Source: Oscillospiraceae bacterium
Lineage (GTDB): Bacteria > Bacillota > Clostridia > Oscillospirales > CAG-272
DNA length: 64,000 nt
Assembly (NCBI GenBank): GCA_015063685.1
Contig: SVTR01000006.1
Span: forward strand, 7,852-71,851
Direction of reading: 5' to 3'
Shown: positions 24,687 to 33,122 of the stretch, piece after piece
Layout of the letters: every line of letters starts with the position of its first letter
How positions within the stretch are numbered: the first letter of the stretch is position 1
The notes under the pieces: generated by a model
Told to the model about the DNA's origin: nothing
The model's database searches: none
Seen by the model: the letters and a program-made list of their open reading frames with translations, nothing else
Position numbers and translations under genes: made by a program

Positions 24687-25373
24687 ATGGATGTGTGGTT
24701 GTTGATTCTGAAATATGCATGCTGCGTGTTGGCCGGCTATTTTGTCGGTACCTTTAATCCTTCCTATTTGCTTGCCAGGATCAAGGGATATGATATAAGA
24801 AGTAAGGGCTCGGGTAACGCGGGCGCTTCCAATGCGCTCATCCTGTTTGGCAAATTAAGAGGTGCTATTTGCGCGTTGCTTGACATCAGCAAAGCGTTTT
24901 TGGTGGTTTTCATCATGCAACGGGTGTTCCCTGAATTGCCCCTCGTGTATGCATTTACAGCGGCCGCCTGTATCCTTGGACATATCTTTCCTTTTTATAT
25001 GGGCTTTAAGGGCGGCAAGGGACTTGCATGCCTGGCGGGAGTGATCCTTTGTTATGACTGGCGATATTTTTTGATTGCCCTGGTAATTGAAATTGCTATC
25101 GCGCTCTTGACAGACTATATTTGCTTTATTCCCTTAACCGCATCCATCGGCTTTACACTCAGTTATCTGATTATGAGGCAGGATGTGTGGGGAACCTTGA
25201 TCATCCTTGTGGCGGCTTCGGCCATCTTTTTCAGACACATGGAGAATCTGAAACGCATCAAAGCAGGTTCCGAACTTCGCCTGAGCTTCCTGTGGAATCG
25301 CAAAAAGGAAATTGAAAGGCTCAGAAAAAACACAGGTAAAAGCGAAAAGGACTATTTTATTGACGAAGAGTAA
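24687..25373 (+). CDS. plsY: glycerol-3-phosphate acyltransferase PlsY
   Basis: Internal ATG at 24687 with an AAAGGAG RBS. GSGNAGASN and HIFPFYMGFKGGKG motifs; polytopic membrane protein. Confidence 0.9.
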   Translation: MDVWLLILKYACCVLAGYFVGTFNPSYLLARIKGYDIRSKGSGNAGASNALILFGKLRGAICALLDISKAFLVVFIMQRVFPELPLVYAFTAAACILGHIFPFYMGFKGGKGLACLAGVILCYDWRYFLIALVIEIAIALLTDYICFIPLTASIGFTLSYLIMRQDVWGTLIILVAASAIFFRHMENLKRIKAGSELRLSFLWNRKKEIERLRKNTGKSEKDYFIDEE

Positions 25374-25379
25374 TTTCGA

Positions 25380-25435
25380 ATCAAAAGCAGGCTTTCTGTC
25401 ACGACGCTTGGCGTCGGCAGAGAGCCTGCTTTGAT
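25380..25435. terminator. bidirectional hairpin terminator between plsY and ppa
   Basis: Long imperfect palindrome ATCAAAAGCAGGCTTTCTG...CAGAGAGCCTGCTTTGAT with T/A runs on both sides. Confidence 0.65.
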
Positions 25436-25981
25436 TTATGCTTCATGAGGACGATTTCCAAAGGTTTCCTCATAGGATTTGATAGACTGCTGGATGATCT
25501 CCTCGGCCTCCTTGCGGCTGAACAGCTCCTTGACAGCGGTCTGTTTGTTTTCAAGCTGCTTGTAGACAGTGAAGAAATGCATGATTTCATCGAAAATATG
25601 GGCGGGCAGCTCGTCGATGGACTTCACGTCACGGTAAGTAGGATCAGAGAAGGGAATGGCGATGATCTTGTCGTCCTCCTTGCCGCCGTCGATCATACGC
25701 ATACAACCGATGGGGTACACCTGTACCAGGGTCATGGGATAAATGGCCTCGCCGCACAGCACCAAAACGTCCAGCGGGTCGCCGTCGTCAGCGTAGGTGC
25801 GGGGGATGAAGCCGTAGTTGGCGGGATAGTGGGTCGCCGTGTAAAGCACGCGGTCAAGGCGCATGATACCCGTCTTTTTGTCCAGCTCGTACTTACAGGA
25901 CGATCCCTTGGGGATCTCAATGACGGCGGTAAAGTTCGTGGGGGTGATCTCAGCGGGGTCAATGTCGTGCCAGATGTTCAT
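25436..25981 (-). CDS. ppa: inorganic pyrophosphatase (family I)
   Basis: Internal start at 25981 (AGGAGG RBS). IEIPKGSSCKYELDK, YPANYGFIP and DGDPLDVLV motifs. Confidence 0.95.
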   Translation of the reverse strand: MNIWHDIDPAEITPTNFTAVIEIPKGSSCKYELDKKTGIMRLDRVLYTATHYPANYGFIPRTYADDGDPLDVLVLCGEAIYPMTLVQVYPIGCMRMIDGGKEDDKIIAIPFSDPTYRDVKSIDELPAHIFDEIMHFFTVYKQLENKQTAVKELFSRKEAEEIIQQSIKSYEETFGNRPHEA

Positions 25982-26069
25982 AGAGTGCCTCCTTGTGTGT
26001 TTTGTTTGTTTGCTTATTGTTGGGGAGTCGTTTCGCCTCCCGTGAAGAGGTAAAGAGGATGTGAGGTGC

Positions 26070-26144
26070 GTAGGAGCGAGCTGTGTTCGCCCGAAATTTT
26101 TTGAACCAAGATGTGTTAGGCGGGCGAACACAGTTCGCCCCTAC
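26070..26144. repeat. inverted pair of GTAGGGGCGAAC-N4-GTTCGCCC hairpin repeats (no TAAATTGTTG termini)
   Basis: GTAGGAGCGAGCTGTGTTCGCCC at 26070-26092 and GGGCGAACACAGTTCGCCCCTAC at 26122-26144. Same motif as inside element C. Confidence 0.7.
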
Positions 26145-26148
26145 GGTA

Positions 26149-26688
26149 TCAGCGTTGCAGATATGCCGCGAGTGCCGCCACATCCCGTGCTTGCAGATAC
26201 TTGCGCTGATTTGTGTCGTGTTCACGGTCACGAATGAGGTGAACAACCTCGTCCAACGTATGCCATTGTGGGCGTGTGCCGTTTTGTTCTTCATTGGGAG
26301 TTAAATGCAACTGTCCGGCTTCTCCGTTGGTAGTAACAACAAAGTAATAATCAATCTGTGTGTAATCGGCATGAAACCGATTTTCCAGAACAACGCCCAA
26401 TGGCTTGATCGTGGCGCAGATACACCCCGTTTCTTCCCATATCTCACGAGCAATGGCCGTGTCGGGGGATTCGTCTCCCTCCATGCCGCCGCCGGGCAGG
26501 GAATACAGATTGAATTTCTTGGCGTACATGACCGCGAAAAGGCCGTCCTCCCGTTTTAAGATCGCGCGAGCGGTCAAACGGGGGGATGCAGAGGAAAGCC
26601 CGCCTGTCCCGAGCACATTTTCGTCGGTCAGTTCTGCCAAAATCGGCCATGCGGAGGATTCGGTAAAGGGAACAATTCGTTTTCCCAT
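26149..26688 (-). CDS. NUDIX hydrolase
   Basis: Nudix box GGGMEGDESPDTAIAREIWEETG. Confidence 0.85.
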   Translation of the reverse strand: MGKRIVPFTESSAWPILAELTDENVLGTGGLSSASPRLTARAILKREDGLFAVMYAKKFNLYSLPGGGMEGDESPDTAIAREIWEETGCICATIKPLGVVLENRFHADYTQIDYYFVVTTNGEAGQLHLTPNEEQNGTRPQWHTLDEVVHLIRDREHDTNQRKYLQARDVAALAAYLQR

Positions 26689-26690
26689 GA

Positions 26691-27992
26691 TTACTTCACA
26701 TAATCAAACTCAAACTCATAGATCGACACCGTATCGCCGTCCTTGCACCCACGCTCCTCCAGCATCTCAAATACGCCGCTATTCTGCAGCACGCGCTGGA
26801 AGTAGTTGAGGGACTCGTAATCGTCGAAATTGATGCGACCCATGAGGTTGTAGATCCAGTCGCCCTCCACGTAGAAGGTGCGGTTCTCCTGGCGGATGAC
26901 GGTGTCCTTGACACCCGCGCCGGGCAGGTCGGACAGATAGCCCTCGTTCTCGGCAACCTCGCTCTCGTATACCGTGATGGGAGGTAGAAGCTTGAGACGT
27001 TCACTGACACGGAAGATCATGTCCTTGATGCCCTCTCCCGTGGCGGCGGAGACGTACATCATCTCCCACTCGTTCTCGTCCACGAAGTCCTCAAAGGCCT
27101 TGATATCCACTACTTCCTCGTCCAAAGCGTCGCACTTGTTGGCGATGATGATCTGGGGACGGGTGGCCAGCTCGGGGCTGTATTTTTCTAACTCGGAGTT
27201 GATGTTCTTCACGTCCTCGATGGGATCTCTGCCCTCAAAGCAGGAGATGTCCACCACGTGAAGGAGCAGACGGCAACGGTCGATGTGGCGCAGGAAATCG
27301 TGACCCAGACCCGCGCCCTCGGCGGCACCGTCAATAAGACCTGGAATGTCAGCGGCCACAAAGCCCTCGCCCTCGTGACCCGTGGAAACCACGCCCAGGT
27401 TGGGGGACAGGGTGGTGAAGTGGTAGTCGGCGATCTTGGGACGCGCCGAGCTGATACGAGCCAGCAGGGAAGACTTACCCACGCTGGGATAACCGATCAG
27501 ACCCACGTCAGCGATCATCTTCAGCTCCAGCTCCACCTCGCGCTCCTCCCCGCGGGTGCCGTTCTTGGCAAACATGGGGGTCTGACGGGTGGCGGTGGCA
27601 AAATGACGGTTGCCCCAGCCGCCGCGACCGCCGCGACAGCAGATGAAGTCTGCGCCGTCGTTTTCTGACATATCGTGGATGACCTTGCCCGTGGCCGCAT
27701 CCTTGATGAGCGTTCCTTCGGGTACGGTCAGCACCAGATCGGGGGCGGTGGCACCGTGAAACTTCTTGGGCATACCGTTGCCGCCGTTCTCGGCGGTGAA
27801 ATGATGCTTGTAGCGGTAAGCGAGCAGGGTATTGGTACCCTTGTCCACGCGGAAGACGATGTTGCCGCCGTTACCGCCGTCACCGCCGTCGGGCCCGCCG
27901 TGGGAAATATACTTTTCGCGGTGAAAAGCGATGGCACCGTTGCCACCGTCACCGGCCTTGATTTTGATCTTTACATGGTCGAAGAATTGCAT
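26691..27992 (-). CDS. obg: GTPase Obg/CgtA
   Basis: Glycine-rich Obg fold (GGDGGNGGNI...), G domain GYPSVGKSSLL / DIPGLI / NKCD, and a C-terminal OCT-like domain. Confidence 0.95.
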   Translation of the reverse strand: MQFFDHVKIKIKAGDGGNGAIAFHREKYISHGGPDGGDGGNGGNIVFRVDKGTNTLLAYRYKHHFTAENGGNGMPKKFHGATAPDLVLTVPEGTLIKDAATGKVIHDMSENDGADFICCRGGRGGWGNRHFATATRQTPMFAKNGTRGEEREVELELKMIADVGLIGYPSVGKSSLLARISSARPKIADYHFTTLSPNLGVVSTGHEGEGFVAADIPGLIDGAAEGAGLGHDFLRHIDRCRLLLHVVDISCFEGRDPIEDVKNINSELEKYSPELATRPQIIIANKCDALDEEVVDIKAFEDFVDENEWEMMYVSAATGEGIKDMIFRVSERLKLLPPITVYESEVAENEGYLSDLPGAGVKDTVIRQENRTFYVEGDWIYNLMGRINFDDYESLNYFQRVLQNSGVFEMLEERGCKDGDTVSIYEFEFDYVK

Positions 27993-28052
27993 ATGAGATT
28001 CCTCCTTTACTGGGAGTTTGTTATTAAAAAATGTTTATCTGGGGATGTTTTA

Positions 28053-28334
28053 TAAATTGTTGTTTATCTTTCTAACGTCGATATGATAACTTTAGGCGAG
28101 GTTGCACATGGTAAGCCTTCCCTTGTAAGGGAAGGGGGACCGCGTTAGCGGTGGATGAGTAGTCACACAAAAGGTTTTTGATCTAAAAAAGCTTTTGTGT
28201 GTAAAGAAATTTGAGCATTTTCCTTCGGAAAATGTTCTTTTATCAGGCTACTCATCCGTCACTCCCTTCGGTCGTGCCACCTTCCCTCACAAGGGAAGGC
28301 TTTGGTTCTCGGTAACCCCCGTAAGCAACAATTT
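28053..28334. mobile_element. intergenic element copy E (CCTTCCC-hairpin / GGATGAG cargo)
   Basis: Termini TAAATTGTTGTTTAT (28053-28067) and GTAAGCAACAATTT (28321-28334). The cargo is an inverted pair GCCTTCCCTTGTAAGGGAAGG...GGATGAGTAG (28115-28162) and its complement (28248-28300), around two further hairpins. Confidence 0.55.
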
Positions 28335-28361
28335 GTCAGGGAACCAAACGAAACGGAAGAA

Positions 28362-29738
28362 TTATTCCTCCCCATCCTCACCCTTCTTTTTATCCCTCTT
28401 CACCTTAATATCCGGCTCGTCGCCCTTCTGCTTGATCACCATTTTGATGGGCGTACCCTTAAAGCCGTACACCTCCCGCAGGCAGTTCTCAATATACCGC
28501 TGATAGGAGAAGTGGAACAGCTCTGCCACGTTGCAGAACAGCACGAAGGTGGGAGGCGCCACCTGGGTCTGGGTCATATAATAGATCTTGAGACGCTTGC
28601 CCTTATCCGTGGGGGGCTGAACGCGCATCATGGCCTCGCCCAGCACATCGTTGAGCGCGCCCGTGCTGATACGCACGTGGGAGGACTCGTAGACCTCCTT
28701 GATGAGATCGTACAGCCCTTCGGTTCGCTGGCCGGTCTTGGCAGACACGAAAGCGATGGGCGCGTAGGGCATATAGGCAAGAGAAGTGCGGATCTTGTCG
28801 GTGAAGGCCTTGACGGTGGAGTTGTCCTTTTCAATGCTGTCCCACTTGTTGACCACGATGATGGACGCCTTGCCCGCCTCGTGAGCGATGCCCGCGATCT
28901 TCTCGTCCTGCTCGGTGATACCCACGGACGCGTCGATCATGATGAGACACACGTCAGCACGCTCCACCGCCATGTGGGCGCGAAGCACACTATACTTCTC
29001 GATCTGATCCCCGATCTTGGACTGACGGCGAATGCCCGCCGTGTCAATGAAGGTAAAGGTGCCGAGGTCGTTGACCACCTGGGTATCCACCGCGTCACGG
29101 GTGGTGCCCGCGATGGAGGATACGATCATGCGGTTTTCCCCAAGGAAACGATTGACGATGGATGATTTGCCCGCGTTGGGCTTGCCGATGACAGCCACGC
29201 GGATGCCCTCATGCTCGTCGCCGTCGTCCTCCCAATCGGCGAGGCACTCACAGCAAGCGTCCAAAAGGTCGCCCGTGCCGCTGCCGTGGATGGAGGAGAC
29301 CGCCACGGGATCAATGGTCAGCCCCAGCTCGTAGAACTCGTAAAACTCAAAGGGCAGGTCTCCCACACGGTCGCACTTGTTGATGCAGGGAATGATGGGC
29401 TTGCCGCTCTTTTTCAGCATGACGCAAATATCGCGGTCGGCGGCGGTCAGTCCCGTACGCACGTCGCACATAAAGATGATCACGTCGGCATCCTCAATGG
29501 CGATCTCGGCCTGTATTTTCATCTGGGACAGGATGATATCGTCGGTCTTGGGCTCGATACCGCCCGTGTCAATGAGGGACAGCACACGGCCGTTCCATTC
29601 GGTCTCGCCGTAGATACGGTCACGGGTGACACCGGGGGTGTCCTCCACAATGGAGCGACGCTCACCGATGAGCTTATTGAATAAAGTAGATTTTCCCACG
29701 TTGGGACGGCCAACGATGGCGATGATGGGTTTTGACAT
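28362..29738 (-). CDS. der: ribosome-associated GTPase Der (EngA)
   Basis: Internal start at 29738 (AAAGGAGA RBS). Two tandem G domains (GRPNVGKST and GKPNAGKSS) and a KH-like C-terminus. Confidence 0.95.
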   Translation of the reverse strand: MSKPIIAIVGRPNVGKSTLFNKLIGERRSIVEDTPGVTRDRIYGETEWNGRVLSLIDTGGIEPKTDDIILSQMKIQAEIAIEDADVIIFMCDVRTGLTAADRDICVMLKKSGKPIIPCINKCDRVGDLPFEFYEFYELGLTIDPVAVSSIHGSGTGDLLDACCECLADWEDDGDEHEGIRVAVIGKPNAGKSSIVNRFLGENRMIVSSIAGTTRDAVDTQVVNDLGTFTFIDTAGIRRQSKIGDQIEKYSVLRAHMAVERADVCLIMIDASVGITEQDEKIAGIAHEAGKASIIVVNKWDSIEKDNSTVKAFTDKIRTSLAYMPYAPIAFVSAKTGQRTEGLYDLIKEVYESSHVRISTGALNDVLGEAMMRVQPPTDKGKRLKIYYMTQTQVAPPTFVLFCNVAELFHFSYQRYIENCLREVYGFKGTPIKMVIKQKGDEPDIKVKRDKKKGEDGEE

Positions 29739-29818
29739 GGTGTATGGTCTCCTTTCGTTAAGGGGAATGAGTTGTATAAAAGTGGTTGATGTTTTGAACG
29801 AAAACATCAGCACCGGCG

Positions 29819-29918
29819 GTCATCCTGAGCGAGGGCGCCTACAATGCGGTCATCCTGAGCGAGGGCACCTACAATGCGGTCATCCTGAGCGAGGGCGCTG
29901 CCCGAGTCGAAGGATCTC
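29819..29918 (+). repeat. two 30-bp tandem half-modules plus one complete 40-bp GTCATCCTGAGC...GAAGGATCTC module
   Basis: GTCATCCTGAGCGAGGGCGCCTACAATGCG (29819-29848), GTCATCCTGAGCGAGGGCACCTACAATGCG (29849-29878), GTCATCCTGAGCGAGGGCGCTGCCCGAGTCGAAGGATCTC (29879-29918). Confidence 0.9.
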
Positions 29919-29942
29919 TTTTAATGAACCTTCGAGGATAAA

Positions 29943-30203
29943 TCATCCCAATTTGGATTCATTTTTGCTATTAGCATATTCTTTTTTTCTCTTCTCCAAC
30001 CCTTTAATTGCTTTTCTCGTGCGATTGCAGTCGAAGGATCGTGGAAGGCTTCGTAGTATATAAGTTTGTGAACGTGATATTTTTTTTGTAAATCCGTCTA
30101 TAAGATCGTGCTGGTGTTCATACAGGCGGCGGGAAAGATTGTTTGTAATACCGATATAAAGGACAGTATTGATTTTATTGGTTAATATATAGACATAAAA
30201 CAT
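29943..30203 (-). CDS. small GIY-YIG nuclease family protein (UPF0213-like), possibly degenerate
   Basis: MFYVYILTNKINTVLYIGITNNLSRRLYEH carries the GIY/YIG/Arg motifs. The C-terminal half is divergent. The gene is AT-rich compared with its surroundings. Confidence 0.75.
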   Translation of the reverse strand: MFYVYILTNKINTVLYIGITNNLSRRLYEHQHDLIDGFTKKISRSQTYILRSLPRSFDCNRTRKAIKGLEKRKKEYANSKNESKLG

Positions 30204-30212
30204 GATTTATTT

Positions 30213-30252
30213 GAGATCCTTCGACTCGGACAGAGTCCTCGCTCAGGATGAC
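30213..30252 (-). repeat. 40-bp GTCATCCTGAGC...GAAGGATCTC module (reverse orientation on + strand)
   Basis: The rc reads GTCATCCTGAGCGAGGACTCTGTCCGAGTCGAAGGATCTC. It starts 1 nt inside the stop codon of the DUF512 gene and ends 9 nt before the GIY-YIG ATG. Confidence 0.9.
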
Positions 30253-31565
30253 TACATTACCCCTAACATCTCACGCACGAACTCCGCGCCGTCGTTTTTG
30301 CCCGCCATCACGGGCACGCCCAGCTTCTTAGACAGCTCCTCGGGGGTCATATCGTCCAGGAAAATATCCTCCCCCGCGCGCAACGTATTCTCAGGGAAGA
30401 ACAGCACATCGCCCAGTTCCTTGCCCGCCAACTGCTCGAACATATCCTTGCCCGTCAGCAGACCCGCCACGGTGACGGACTCGCCGAAGAAGTGATTGAC
30501 GATCTCGTAAACATGGATGGTCAGCCCCTCCACCTGCGCCTCCAGACGCGCGGCCATGGCCTTGATGGTGGGATAGGCCGCCACACCCGTGCATATCGAC
30601 ACGGTGCGGGGTGCTTTGTACTCTGTTAAATCCTCCGCGAGGAAGTTCATCTCGTCCTCAAACTCGGTCATGAGGGAGGTGATCATGCCCACGCCGTTCT
30701 CGATCTGGGCGTAGCCCTCGTAGTAGTCCTCAGAGGGTAGGGGACGCCCCGCGCGGAGATACAGCTCGTCGGCACAGAAGAATTTCCGTGAGCCACAATC
30801 CTTCAAACACCGTGCCGCAAAATTCTCCACCATATCAATGATGGCAGCGGCCTCCTCAGCGGTGTAAGGGGTCAGAGGGTAGAGCTTGTCTCTGTGCTTG
30901 GTCAGCCCCGCAGGGACGATGGATACGCTTTCCAAGGCTTCTCCAAGGTTATAAAGATCACGCATGGAACGATACAGCTCCACACCGTCGTTGATGCCGC
31001 GGCATAAAACTAACTGTCCGCAGATGGTGATGCCAGCACGGGCCAGCCTCGGCAGATAGCCCAGAACCATTCCCGCCCGTTTATTGTTCATCATCTTGAC
31101 CCGAAGCTCAGGATTGGTGGTATGGACAGAGACGTTGACGGGGGAAATGTGCATCTCAATGATGCGGTCGATGTCCTTGTCATGCAGGTTGGTCATGGTG
31201 ATGAAGTTGCCGTGGAGGAAGGAGAGACGGCTGTCATCGTCCTTGAAGTACAGGGTCTCCCGCATCCCCTTGGGAAGCTGGTCGATGAAGCAGAAAATGC
31301 ACTTGTTCTGACAGGAGTGCTTCTTATCCATCAGCGGGGTCTCAAAATCCAGCCCGATATCGTCGTATTCCTGCTTGCGGATGACCACCTCGTAAGCCTC
31401 ACCGTTGCGGAGCAGGGAAAGGGTGACCTCCGTGTTGGTCAAAAAGAAACGGTAGTCCAGCACGTCGGAGATCTCACGCCCGTTGATGGACACAAGCACG
31501 TCCCCCGCCGCAACACCTTTTCTGGCCGCACGGCTGTTCTGTGCAACATCGGTAATTTTAACCAT
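30252..31565 (-). CDS. PDZ + radical-SAM-like DUF512 protein
   Basis: N-terminal PDZ (GVAAGDVLVSINGREI), a CQNKCIFCF cysteine motif and a long DUF512-type C-terminus. I recall this family sitting next to der in Firmicutes. Confidence 0.8.
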   Translation of the reverse strand: MVKITDVAQNSRAARKGVAAGDVLVSINGREISDVLDYRFFLTNTEVTLSLLRNGEAYEVVIRKQEYDDIGLDFETPLMDKKHSCQNKCIFCFIDQLPKGMRETLYFKDDDSRLSFLHGNFITMTNLHDKDIDRIIEMHISPVNVSVHTTNPELRVKMMNNKRAGMVLGYLPRLARAGITICGQLVLCRGINDGVELYRSMRDLYNLGEALESVSIVPAGLTKHRDKLYPLTPYTAEEAAAIIDMVENFAARCLKDCGSRKFFCADELYLRAGRPLPSEDYYEGYAQIENGVGMITSLMTEFEDEMNFLAEDLTEYKAPRTVSICTGVAAYPTIKAMAARLEAQVEGLTIHVYEIVNHFFGESVTVAGLLTGKDMFEQLAGKELGDVLFFPENTLRAGEDIFLDDMTPEELSKKLGVPVMAGKNDGAEFVREMLGVM

Positions 31566-31709
31566 ACTAAGCTCCCTTCAAAGCACAATGAATCATTTTA
31601 TTATACCACATCAAATCGAATCTGTCAAATGATTTCCCGTATTTTTTATGCAGAACCGCGTTTTATATACGATTTCATGAGAAATTACAAAGGAAATCTT
31701 TGAAAGCCC

Positions 31710-31738
31710 TTGCTTTTTGTGCCGGTTTATGCTATAAT
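31710..31738 (+). promoter_or_regulatory. sigma-70-type promoter of hisS
   Basis: TTGCTT, 17 nt, TATAAT preceded by TGC. It leaves only a ~35-nt leader, so there is no room for a T-box. Confidence 0.55.
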
Positions 31739-31780
31739 AACTTATTCAAACGCCATTCCAAGCAAAGGAAGTAATAACCT

Positions 31781-33055
31781 ATGTTTATCAAAGAAACCGT
31801 CAAGGGTATGCGCGATATCCTCCCCGCAGAAATGGAGATCCGCGAGTACCTTCTGTCCAAGCTCAAGTATATCTACACCTCCTTCGGCTTTACCCAGATC
31901 GAGACCCCCTGCATGGAACGCATCGAAAACCTCACCAGCAATCAGGGCGGCGAGAACGAAAAGCTCATCTTCAAGGTGCTGAAGCGCGGTGAAAAGCTGA
32001 ATGAATCCCTGAATCTCGATAACCCCGACGATCTCTGCGACTCGGGTATGCGCTACGACCTGACCGTGCCCCTGTCCCGCTACTTCGCCAACAACGCGGG
32101 TCAGCTCCCCATGCCCTTCAAGGCTCTCCAGGTAGGCTCCGTTTGGCGTGCTGACCGTCCCCAAAAGGGCAGATACCGCCAGTTCACCCAGTGCGATATC
32201 GACATCCTGGGCAACCCCGACAACACCGCCGAGAGCGAGCTGATCTACGTCACCTCTCTGTTCCTGGACAGCGTGGGCGTCAAGGGCAACACCGTCATGG
32301 TCAACGACCGCCGTATCCTCAAGGGCATGGCCAAGAAGGCAGGCTTTGCGGAGGAGGACTATAATAAGGTCTTCATCATCCTGGATAAGTACGACAAGAT
32401 CGGTGAGGACGGCGTCAAGAAGGAACTGCTGGAATCCGGCTGTGACGAGGCTGCCGTCAACACCTACATGGACATTTTCCACGGCTTCATGACCGCCGAG
32501 GATCGCTTCTCTTACGTGGAGGAAGCCTTCGGTGACGCCATGGAACCCGGCGTGGCCGATAACATCCGTCAGATCTTCGCCAACGTCGCCAACATGTCGG
32601 GCGGCAAGTTCAACCTCTCCTTCGATCCCACCCTGGTGCGTGGCATGGGTTACTATACCGGTACCATTTTTGAGATCAAGTCCGAGGACTTTAAGGGCTC
32701 CTCCATCGCCGGCGGCGGCCGCTATGATAACATGATCGGTAACTTCACGGGCACCCCCACCTGCGCCTGCGGCTTCTCCATCGGCTTTGAACGTCTGGTC
32801 GGCGCCTTGCTTGACAAGAAGTTCAAGGCAGACGGCACCCGCGAGAAGGTAGCCGTTCTCTACGGCAAGGCCTTCACCTCGGGCGACGTAGCCACCCTCC
32901 AGTGCAAGTGCAATACCCTGCGCGAAAACGGTAAGGTGGTGCTGGTTCAGAAGATGAACAAAAACGTGGGCTTCCAGAAGCAGAAGCTGGAAGCAGAAGG
33001 GTATAGCACCTTTATTGACGTGAGATATCCCGACGAGATCGAAACTAAACTGTAA
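31781..33055 (+). CDS. hisS: histidine--tRNA ligase
   Basis: VKGMRDILP near the N-terminus, class II motifs (RYDLTVPLSRY, WRADRPQKGRYRQF, GGGRYD) and an anticodon-binding C-terminus. Confidence 0.9.
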   Translation: MFIKETVKGMRDILPAEMEIREYLLSKLKYIYTSFGFTQIETPCMERIENLTSNQGGENEKLIFKVLKRGEKLNESLNLDNPDDLCDSGMRYDLTVPLSRYFANNAGQLPMPFKALQVGSVWRADRPQKGRYRQFTQCDIDILGNPDNTAESELIYVTSLFLDSVGVKGNTVMVNDRRILKGMAKKAGFAEEDYNKVFIILDKYDKIGEDGVKKELLESGCDEAAVNTYMDIFHGFMTAEDRFSYVEEAFGDAMEPGVADNIRQIFANVANMSGGKFNLSFDPTLVRGMGYYTGTIFEIKSEDFKGSSIAGGGRYDNMIGNFTGTPTCACGFSIGFERLVGALLDKKFKADGTREKVAVLYGKAFTSGDVATLQCKCNTLRENGKVVLVQKMNKNVGFQKQKLEAEGYSTFIDVRYPDEIETKL

Positions 33056-33062
33056 GAAAATT

Positions 33063-33108
33063 GCCTCCCCTCGCCTTGCGGCTTGGGGAGGCTTTGTGTT
33101 CTTTTTTA
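33063..33108. terminator. hairpin terminator between convergent hisS and the glycosidase gene
   Basis: GCCTCCCC ... GGGGAGGC followed by TTTGTGTTCTTTTTT. Confidence 0.75.
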
Positions 33109-33122
33109 TAATGTCATCGAGG

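Noticed and set aside
29819-29918. Tandem 30-bp repeats, considered as a possible mini-CRISPR array.
   Set aside because: The units are directly adjacent, with no unique spacers. They are truncated copies of the 40-bp module, and no cas genes are present.
31566-31780. Expected T-box riboswitch upstream of hisS (also looked for upstream of leuA and ilvD).
   Set aside because: The best promoter leaves a ~35-nt leader. I saw no specifier/T-box sequence or terminator-antiterminator pair in any of these regions. This should be confirmed with an Rfam scan.
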